Position numbers and translations under genes: made by a program. The notes under the pieces are model-generated. The model searched no databases. It had not been told where the DNA came from and was given only the letters and a program-made list of their open reading frames with translations. DNA of 64,000 nt, from positions 28,582,001 through 28,646,000 of the forward strand of contig OZ024754.1 of NCBI GenBank assembly GCA_964016885.1, read 5' to 3'. The number at the start of each line of letters is the position of its first letter. The first letter of the stretch is position 1. Of this stretch, positions 51,101 through 64,000 are shown piece by piece. Source of the DNA: Eledone cirrhosa (lineage: Eukaryota).

Positions 51101-54100
51101 CACCATACAATAACACCCTGAACAGTAATCCACCACTACTACCACCACCATACACTAACACTCTGAACAGTAACTCCACCACTACTACCACCACCATACA
51201 ATAACACCCTGAACAGTAACTCCACCACTACTACCACCACCATACAATAACACCCTGAACAGTAACTCCACCACTAATACCACCACCATACAATAACATC
51301 CTGAACAGTAACTCCACCACTACTACAACCACCATACACTAACACCCTGAACAGTAACTCCACCACTACTACCAACACCATACAATAACATCCTGAACAG
51401 TAACTCCACCACTACTACCACCACCATACAATAACATCCTGAACAGTAACTCCACCACTACTACCAACACCATACAATAACACCCTGAACACTAACTCCA
51501 CCACTAATACCACCACCATACAATAACACCCTGAACACTAACTCCACCACTACTACCAACACCATACAATAACACCCTGAACAGTAACTCCACCACTACT
51601 ACCAACACCATACAATAACATCCTGAACAGTAACTCCACCACTACTACCACCACCATACAATAACACCCTGAACAGTAACTCCACCACTACTACCACCAC
51701 CATACAATAACACCCTGAACAGTAACTCCACCACTACTACCAACACCATACAATAACACCCTGAACACTAACTCCACCACTAATACCACCACCATACAAT
51801 AACACCCTGAACACTAACTCCACCACTACTACCAACACCATACAATAACACCCTGAACAGTAACTCCACCACTACTACCAACACCATACAATAACATCCT
51901 GAACAGTAACTCTACCACTACTACCACCACCATACAATAACACCCTGAACAGTAACTCCACCACTTACACCACCACCATACAATAACATCCTGAACAGTA
52001 ACTCCACCACTACTACCAACACCATACAATAACATCCTGAACACTAACACCACCACTACTACCACCACCATACAATAACACCCTGAACAGTAACTCCACC
52101 ACTACTACCACCACCATACAATAACACCCTGAACAGTAACTCCACCACTACTACCAACACCATACAATAACATCCTGAACAGTAACTCCACCACTACTAC
52201 CACCACCATACAATAACACCCTGAACAGTAACTCCACCACTACTACCAACACCATACAATAACACCCTGAACAGTAGCTCCACCACTACTACCACCACCA
52301 TACAATAACATCCTGAACAGTAACTCCACCACTACTACCAACACCATACACTAACACCCTGAACACTAACTCCACCACTACTACCACCACCATACAATAA
52401 CATCCTGAACACTAACACCACCACTACTACCAACACCATACACTAACACCCTGAACAGTAACTCCACCACTACTACCAACACCATACAATAACACCCTGA
52501 ACAGTAACTCCACCACTTCTACCAACACCATACAATAACATCCTGAACACTAACTCCACCACTAATACCACCACCATACAATAACACCCTGAACAGTAAC
52601 TCCACCACTACTACAACCACCATACACTAACACCCTGAACAGTAACTCCACCACTACTACCAACACCATACAATAACACCCTGAACAGTAACTCCACCAC
52701 TTCTACCAACACCATACAATAACATCCTGAACACTAACTCCACCACTAATACCACCACCATACAATAACACCCTGAACAGTAACTCCACCACTACTACAA
52801 CCACCATACACTAACACCCTGAACAGTAACTCCACCACTACTACCAACACCATACAATAACATCCTGAACAGTAACTCCACCACTACTACCACCACCATA
52901 CAATAACACCCTGAACAGTAACTCCACCACTACTACCAACACCATACAATAACGCCCTGAACAGTAACTCCACCACTACTACCAACACCATACAATAACA
53001 TCCTGAACAGTAACTCCACCACTACTACCACCACCATACAATAACACCCTGAACAGTAACTCCACCACTACTACCACCACCATACACTAACACTCTGAAC
53101 AGTAACTCCACCACTACTACCACCACCATACAATAACACCCTGAACAGTAACTCCACCACTACTACCACCACCATACAATAACACCCTGAACAGTAACTC
53201 CACCACTAATACCACCACCATACAATAACATCCTGAACAGTAACTCCACCACTACTACAACCACCATACACTAACACCCTGAACAGTAACTCCACCACTA
53301 CTACCAACACCATACAATAACATCCTGAACAGTAACTCCACCACTACTACCACCACCATACAATAACATCCTGAACAGTAACTCCACCATTACTACCAAC
53401 ACCATACAATAACACCCTGAACACTAACTCCACCACTAATACCACCACCATACAATAACACCCTGAACACTAACTCCACCACTACTACCAACACCATACA
53501 ATAACACCCTGAACAGTAACTCCACCACTACTACCAACACCATACAATAACATCCTGAACAGTAACTCCACCACTACTACCACCACCATACAATAACACC
53601 CTGAACAGTAACTCCACCACTACTACCACCACCATACAATAACACCCTGAACAGTAACTCCACCACTACTACAAACACCATACAATAACACCCTGAACAC
53701 TAACTCCACCACTAATACCACCACCATACAATAACACCCTGAACACTAACTCCACCACTACTACCAACACCATACAATAACACCCTGAACAGTAACTCCA
53801 CCACTACTACCAACACCATACAATAACATCCTGAACAGTAACTCCACCACTACTACCACCACCATACAATAACACCCTGAACAGTATCTCCACCACTACT
53901 ACCACCACCATACAATAACACCCTGAACAGTAACTCCACCACTACTACCAACACCATACAATAACACCCTGAACAGTAACTCCACCACTACTACCACCAC
54001 CATACACTAACACCCTGAACAGTAACTCCACCACTTACACCACCACCATACAATAACATCCTGAACAGTAACTCCACCACTACTACCAACACCATACAAT

Positions 54101-57100
54101 AACATCCTGAACACTAACACCACCACTACTACCACCACCATACAATAACACCCTGAACAGTAACTCCACCACTACTACCACCACCATACAATAACACCCT
54201 GAACAGTAACTCCACCACTACTACCAACACCATACAATAACATCCTGAACAGTAACTCCACCACTACTACCACCACCATACAATAACACCCTGAACAGTA
54301 ACTCCACCACTACTACCAACACCATACAATAACACCCTGAACAGTAGCTCCACCACTACTACCACCACCATACAATAACATCCTGAACAGTAACTCCACC
54401 ACTACTACCAACACCATACACTAACACCCTGAACACTAACTCCACCACTACTACCACCACCATACAATAACATCCTGAACACTAACACCACCACTACTAC
54501 CAACACCATACACTAACACCCTGAACAGTAACTCCACCACTACTACCAACACCATACAATAACACCCTGAACAGTAACTCCACCACTTCTACCAACACCA
54601 TACAATAACATCCTGAACACTAACTCCACCACTAATACCACCACCATACAATAACACCCTGAACAGTAACTCCACCACTACTACAACCACCATACACTAA
54701 CACCCTGAACAGTAACTCCACCACTACTACCAACACCATACAATAACACCCTGAACAGTAACTCCACCACTTCTACCAACACCATACAATAACATCCTGA
54801 ACACTAACTCCACCACTAATACCACCACCATACAATAACACCCTGAACAGTAACTCCACCACTACTACAACCACCATACACTAACACCCTGAACAGTAAC
54901 TCCACCACTACTACCACCACCATACAATAACACCCTGAACAGTAACTCCACCACTACTACCACCACCATACAATAACACCCTGAACAGTAACTCCACCAC
55001 TAATACCACCACCATACAATAACATCCTGAACAGTAACTCCACCACTACTACAACCACCATACACTAACACCCTGAACAGTAACTCCACCACTACTACCA
55101 ACACCATACAATAACATCCTGAACAGTAACTCCACCACTACTACCACCACCATACAATAACATCCTGAACAGTAACTCCACCACTACTACCAACACCATA
55201 CAATAACACCCTGAACACTAACTCCACCACTAATACCACCACCATACAATAACACCCTGAACACTAACTCCACCACTACTACCAACACCATACAATAACA
55301 CCCTGAACAGTAACTCCACCACTACTACCAACACCATACAATAACATCCTGAACAGTAACTCCACCACTACTACCACCACCATACAATAACACCCTGAAC
55401 AGTAACTCCACCACTACTACCACCACCATACAATAACACCCTGAACAGTAACTCCACCACTACTACCAACACCATACAATAACACCCTGAACAGTAACTC
55501 CACCACTACTACAAACACCATACAATAACACCCTGAACACTAACTCCACCACTACTACCACCACCATACAATAACACCCTGAACAGTAACTCCACCACTT
55601 ACACCACCACCATACAATAACATCCTGAACAGTAACTCCACCACTACTACCAACACCATACAATAACATCCTGAACACTAACACCACCACTACTACCACC
55701 ACCATACAATAACACCCTGAACAGTAACTCCACCACTACTACCACCACCATACAATAACACCCTGAACAGTAACTCCACCACTACTACCAACACCATACA
55801 ATAACATCCTGAACAGTAACTCCACCACTACTACCACCACCATACAATAACACCCTGAACAGTAACTCCACCACTACTACCAACACCATACAATAACACC
55901 CTGAACAGTAGCTCCACCACTACTACCACCACCATACAATAACATCCTGAACAGTAACTCCACCACTACTACCAACACCATACACTAACACCCTGAACAC
56001 TAACTCCACCACTACTACCACCACCATACAATAACATCCTGAACACTAACACCACCACTACTACCAACACCATACACTAACACCCTGAACAGTAACTCCA
56101 CCACTACTACCAACACCATACAATAACACCCTGAACAGTAACTCCACCACTTCTACCAACACCATACAATAACATCCTGAACACTAACTCCACCACTAAT
56201 ACCACCACCATGCAATAACACCCTGAACAGTAACTCCACCACTACTACAACCACCATACACTAACACCCTGAACAGTAACTCCACCACTACTACCAACAC
56301 CATACAATAACACCCTGAACAGTAACTCCACCACTTCTACCAACACCATACAATAACATCCTGAACACTAACTCCACCACTAATACCTCCACCATACAAT
56401 AACACCCTGAACAGTAACTCCACCACTACTACAACCACCATACACTAACACCCTGAACAGTAACTCCACCACTACTACCAACACCATACAATAACATCCT
56501 GAACAGTAACTCCACCACTACTACCACCACCATACAATAACACCCTGAACAGTAACTCCACCACTACTACCAACACCATACAATAACGCCCTGAACAGTA
56601 ACTCCACCACTACTACCAACACCATACAATAACATCCTGAACAGTAACTCCACCACTACTACCACCACCATACAATAACACCCTGAACAGTAACTCCACC
56701 ACTACTACCACCACCATACACTAACACTCTGAACAGTAACTCCACCACTACTACCACCAACATACAATAACACCCTGAACAGTAACTCCACCACTACTAC
56801 CACCACCATACAATAACACCCTGAACAGTAACTCCACCACTAATACCACCACCATACAATAACATCCTGAACAGTAACTCCACCACTACTACAACCACCA
56901 TACACTAACACCCTGAACAGTAACTCCACCACTACTACCAACACCATACAATAACATCCTGAACAGTAACTCCACCACTACTACCACCACCATACAATAA
57001 CATCCTGAACAGTAACTCCACCACTACTACCAACACCATACAATAACACCCTGAACACTAACTCCACCACTAATACCACCACCATACAATAACACCCTGA

Positions 57101-60100
57101 ACACTAACTCCACCACTACTACCAACACCATACAATAACACCCTGAACAGTAACTCCACCACTACCACCAACACCATACAATAACATCCTGAACAGTAAC
57201 TCCACCACTACTACCACCACCATACAATAACACCCTGAACAGTAACTCCACCACTACTACCACCACCATACAATAACACCCTGAACAGTAACTCCACCAC
57301 TACTACAAACACCATACAATAACACCCTGAACACTAACTCCACCACTAATACCACCACCATACAATAACACCCTGAACACTAACTCCACCACTACTACCA
57401 ACACCATACAATAACACCCTGAACAGTAACTCCACCACTACTACCAACACCATACAATAACACCCTGAACAGTAACTCCACCACTACTACCACCACCATA
57501 CAATAACACCCTGAACAGTAACTCCACCACTACTACCAACACCATACAATAACATCCTGAACAGTAACTCCACCACTACTACCACCACCATACAATAACA
57601 CCCTGAACAGTAACTCCACCACTACTACCAACACCATACAATAACACCCTGAACAGTAGCTCCACCACTACTACCACCACCATACAATAACATCCTGAAC
57701 AGTAACTCCACCACTACTACCAACACCATACACTAACACCCTGAACACTAACTCCACCACTACTACCACCACCATACAATAACATCCTGAACACTAACAC
57801 CACCACTACTACCAACACCATACACTAACACCCTGAACAGTAACTCCACCACTACTACCAACACCATACAATAACACCCTGAACAGTAACTCCACCACTT
57901 CTCCCAACACCATACAATAACATCCTGAACACTAACTCCACCACTAATACCACCACCATACAATAACACCCTGAACAGTAACTCCACCACTACTACAACC
58001 ACCATACACTAACACCCTGAACAGTAACTCCACCACTACTACCAACACCATACAATAACACCCTGAACAGTAACTCCACCACTTCTACCAACACCATACA
58101 ATAACATCCTGAACACTAACTCCACCACTAATACCACCACCATACAATAACACCCTGAACAGTAACTCCACCACTACTACAACCACCATACACTAACACC
58201 CTGAACAGTAACTCCACCACTACTACCACCACCATACAATAACACCCTGAACAGTAACTCCACCACTACTACCACCACCATACAATAACACCCTGAACAG
58301 TAACTCCACCACTAATACCACCACCATACAATAACATCCTGAACAGTAACTCCACCACTACTACAACCACCATACACTAACACCCTGAACAGTAACTCCA
58401 CCACTACTACCAACACCATACAATAACATCCTGAACAGTAACTCCACCACTACTACCACCACCATACAATAACATCCTGAACAGTAACTCCACCACTACT
58501 ACCAACACCATACAATAACACCCTGAACACTAACTCCACCACTAATACCACCACCATACAATAACACCCTGAACACTAACTCCACCACTACTACCAACAC
58601 CATACAATAACACCCTGAACAGTAACTCCACCACTACTACCAACACCATACAATAACATCCTGAACAGTAACTCCACCACTACTACCACCACCATACAAT
58701 AACACCCTGAACAGTAACTCCACCACTACTACCACCACCATACAATAACACCCTGAACAGTAACTCCACCACTACTACCAACACCATACAATAACACCCT
58801 GAACACTAACTCCACCACTAATACCACCACCATACAATAACACCCTGAACACTAACTCCACCACTACTACCAACACCATACAATAACACCCTGAACAGTA
58901 ACTCCACCACTACTACCAACACCATACAATAACATCCTGAACAGTAACTCCACCACTACTACCACCACCATACAATAACACCCTGAACAGTAACTCCACC
59001 ACTTACACCACCACCATACAATAACATCCTGAACAGTAACTCCACCACTACTACCAACACCATACAATAACATCCTGAACACTAACACCACCACTACTAC
59101 CACCACCATACAATAACACCCTGAACAGTAACTCCACCACTACTACCACCACCATACAATAACACCCTGAACAGTAACTCCACCACTACTACCAACACCA
59201 TACAATAACATCCTGAACAGTAACTCCACCACTACTACCACCACCATACAATAACACCCTGAACAGTAACTCCACCACTACTACCAACACCATACAATAA
59301 CACCCTGAACAGTAGCTCCACCACTACTACCACCACCATACAATAACATCCTGAACAGTAACTCCACCACTACTACCAACACCATACACTAACACCCTGA
59401 ACACTAACTCCACCACTACTACCACCACCATACAATAACATCCTGAACACTAACACCACCACTACTACCAACACCATACACTAACACCCTGAACAGTAAC
59501 TCCACCACTACTACCAACACCATACAATAACACCCTGAACAGTAACTCCACCACTTCTACCAACACCATACAATAACATCCTGAACACTAACTCCACCAC
59601 TAATACCACCACCATACAATAACACCCTGAACAGTAACTCCACCACTACTACAACCACCATACACTAACACCCTGAACAGTAACTCCACCACTACTACCA
59701 ACACCATACAATAACACCCTGAACAGTAACTCCACCACTTCTACCAACACCATACAATAACATCCTGAACACTAACTCCACCACTAATACCTCCACCATA
59801 CAATAACACCCTGAACAGTAACTCCACCACTACTACAACCACCATACACTAACACCCTGAACAGTAACTCCACCACTACTACCAACACCATACAATAACA
59901 TCCTGAACAGTAACTCCACCACTACTACCACCACCATACAATAACACCCTGAACAGTAACTCCACCACTACTACCAACACCATACAATAACGCCCTGAAC
60001 AGTAACTCCACCACTACTACCAACACCATACAATAACATCCTGAACAGTAACTCCACCACTACTACCACCACCATACAATAACACCCTGAACAGTAACTC

Positions 60101-63100
60101 CACCACTACTACCACCACCATACACTAACACTCTGAACAGTAACTCCACCACTACTACCACCAACATACAATAACACCCTGAACAGTAACTCCACCACTA
60201 CTACCACCACCATACAATAACACCCTGAACAGTAACTCCACCACTAATACCACCACCATACAATAACATCCTGAACAGTAACTCCACCACTACTACAACC
60301 ACCATACACTAACACCCTGAACAGTAACTCCACCACTACTACCAACACCATACAATAACATCCTGAACAGTAACTCCACCACTACTACCACCACCATACA
60401 ATAACATCCTGAACAGTAACTCCACCACTACTACCAACACCATACAATAACACCCTGAACACTAACTCCACCACTAATACCACCACCATACAATAACACC
60501 CTGAACACTAACTCCACCACTACTACCAACACCATACAATAACACCCTGAACAGTAACTCCACCACTACTACCAACACCATACAATAACATCCTGAACAG
60601 TAACTCCACCACTACTACCACCACCATACAATAACACCCTGAACAGTAACTCCACCACTACTACCACCACCATACAATAACACCCTGAACAGTAACTCCA
60701 CCACTACTACAAACACCATACAATAACACCCTGAACACTAACTCCACCACTAATACCACCACCATACAATAACACCCTGAACACTAACTCCACCACTACT
60801 ACCAACACCATACAATAACACCCTGAACAGTAACTCCACCACTACTACCAACACCATACAATAACATCCTGAACAGTAACTCCACCACTACTACCACCAC
60901 CATACAATAACACCCTGAACAGTAACTCCAACACTACTACCACCACCATACAATAACACCCTGAACAGTAACTCCACCACTACTACCAACACCATACAAT
61001 AACACCCTGAACAGTAACTCCACCACTACTACCACCACCATACACTAACACCCTGAACAGTAACTCCACCACTACTACCAACACCATACAATAACATCCT
61101 GAACAGTAACTCCACCACTACTACCACCACCATACACTAACACCCTGAACAGTAACTCCACCACTACTACCACCACCTTACACTAACACCCTGAACAGTA
61201 ACTCCACCACTACTACCACCACCATACACTAACACCCTGAACAGTAACTCCACCACTACTACCAACACCATACAATAACATCCTGAACAGTAACTCCACC
61301 ACTACTACCACCACCATACACTAACACCCTGAACAGTAACTCCACCACTACTACCAACACCATACAATAATATCCTGAACAGTAACTCCACCACTACTAC
61401 CAACACCATACCTTAACACCCTGAACAGTATCTCCACCACTACTACCAACACCATACAATAACATCCTGAACAGTAACTCCACCACCATACACTAACACC
61501 CTGAACAGTAACTCCACCACTACTACCACCACCATACACTAACACCCTGAACAGTAACTCCACCACTACTACCACCACCATACACTAACACCCTGAACAG
61601 CAACTCCACCACTACTACCAACACCATACAATAACACCCTGAACAGTAACTCCACCACTACTACCAACACCATACACTAACACCCTGAACACTAACTCCA
61701 CCACTACTACCACCACCATACAATAACACCCTGAACACTAACTCCACCACTACTACCACCACCATACAATAACACCCTGAACAGTAACACCACCACTACT
61801 ACCAACACCATACAATAACATCCTGAACAGTAACTCCACCACTACTACCAACACCATACAATAACATCCTGAACAGTAACTCCACCACTACTACCACCAC
61901 CATACACTAACACCCTGAACAGCAACTCCACCACTACTACCAACACCATACAATAACACCCTGAACAGTAACTCCACCACTACTACCAACACCATACACT
62001 AACACCCTGAACACTAACTCCACCACTACTACCACCACCATACAATAACACCCTGAACACTAACTCCACCACTACTACCACCACCATACAATAACACCCT
62101 GAACAGTAACTCCACCACTACTACCAACACCATACAATAACATCCTGAACAGTAACTCCACCACTACTACCACCTCCATACACTAACACCCTGAACAGTA
62201 ACTCCACCACTACTACCACCACCATACAAAAACACCCTGAACACTAACTCCACCACTACTACCACCACCATACAATAACACCCTGAACAGTAACTCCACC
62301 ACTACTACCAACACCATACAATAACACCCTGAACAGTAACTCCACCACCATACAATAACATCCTGAACAGTAACTCCACCACTACTACCAACACCATACA
62401 ATAACATCCTGAACACTAACACCACCACTACTACCACCACCATACAATAACACCCTGAACAGTAACTCCACCACTACTACCACCACCATACAATAACACC
62501 CTGAACAGTAACTCCACCACTACTACCAACACCATACAATAACATCCTGAACAGTAACTCCACCACTACTACCACCACCATACAATAACACCCTGAACAG
62601 TAACTCCACCACTACTACCAACACCATACAATAACACCCTGAACAGTAGCTCCACCACTACTACCACCACCATACAATAACATCCTGAACAGTAACTCCA
62701 CCACTACTACCAACACCATACACTAACACCCTGAACACTAACTCCACCACTACTACCACCACCATACAATAACATCCTGAACACTAACACCACCACTACT
62801 ACCAACACCATACAATAACACCCTGAACAGTAACTCCACCACTTCTACCAACACCATACAATAACATCCTGAACACTAACTCCACCACTAATACCACCAC
62901 CATACAATAACACCCTGAACAGTAACTCCACCACTACTACAACCACCATACACTAACACCCTGAACAGTAACTCCACCACTACTACCAACACCATAAAAT
63001 AACACCCTGAACAGTAACTCCACCACTTCTACCAACACCATACAATAACATCCTGAACACTAACTCCACCACTAATACCACCACCATACAATAACACCCT

Positions 63101-64000
63101 GAACAGTAGCTCCACCACTACTACAACCACCATACACTAACACCCTGAACAGTAACTCCACCACTACTACCAACACCATACAATAACATCCTGAACAGTA
63201 ACTCCACCACTACTACCACCACCATACAATAACACCCTGAACAGTAACTCCACCACTACTACCACCACCATACAATAACACCCTGAACAGTAACTCCACC
63301 ACTACTACCAACACCATACAATAACACCCTGAACACTAACTCCACCACTAATACCACCACCATACAATAACACCCTGAACACTAACTCCACCACTACTAC
63401 CAACACCATACAATAACACCCTGAACAGTAACTCCACCACTACTACCAACACCATACAATAACATCCTGAACAGTAACTCCACCACTACAACCAACACCA
63501 TACAATAACATCCTGAACAGTAACTCCACCACTAATACCACCACCATACAATAACACCCTGAACAGTAACTCCACCACTACTACCAACACCATACAATAA
63601 CGCCCTGAACAGTAACTCCACCACTACTACCAACACCATACAATAACATCCTGAACAGTAACTCCACCACTACTACCACCACCATACAATAACACCCTGA
63701 ACAGTAACTCCACCACTACTACCACCACCATACACTAACACTCTGAACAGTAACTCCACCACTACTACCACCACCATACAATAACACCCTGAACAGTAAC
63801 TCCACCACTACTACCACCACCATACAATAACACCCTGAACAGTAACTCCACCACTAATACCACCACCATACAATAACATCCTGAACAGTAACTCCACCAC
63901 TACTACAACCACCATACACTAACACCCTGAACAGTAACTCCACCACTACTACCAACACCATACAATAACATCCTGAACAGTAACTCCACCACTATTACCA
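42107..64000. repeat. 46-bp satellite (CCACCATACAATAACACCCTGAACAGTAACTCCACCACTACTACCA), ~475 copies, runs off window end
   Basis: TGAA recurs every 46 bp (42127, 42173...). Variant markers recur at multiples of 46. Confidence 0.99.

Noticed and set aside
42107-64000. CRISPR array or repetitive protein gene
   Set aside because: There are no unique spacers, the monomers are contiguous and no cas genes are present. Frames are interrupted by regular stops, and the Val/Gly ORFs are by-products.

Overview
AT-rich, repeat-saturated eukaryotic DNA with no host gene I can support. The repeat landscape resembles a cephalopod such as Octopus (inference only). Positions 1-41.4 kb are a patchwork of RTE-clade LINEs, tRNA-derived SINEs, TTAA-type MITEs and long interrupted (TA)n tracts. 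One RTE is near full length, with APE endonuclease, RT and an embedded PHD-like finger, and is broken by a single nonsense codon. Positions 41.46-41.89 kb hold a 20-bp minisatellite, and 42.1-64 kb is a 46-bp satellite with variable higher-order structure. The most notable signal is a set of at least 6 sequence-unrelated loci carrying type I hammerhead ribozyme cores (CUGANGA...GAAA...NUH with paired stems). One has a compensated U3-A8 core and several have very long stem II inserts. Most sit in or beside long inverted repeats or fold-back hairpins next to (TA)n or (GA)n. They look like non-coding Penelope-like pLTR or retrozyme-type relics. Folds were read by eye, and element boundaries are approximate unless stated.
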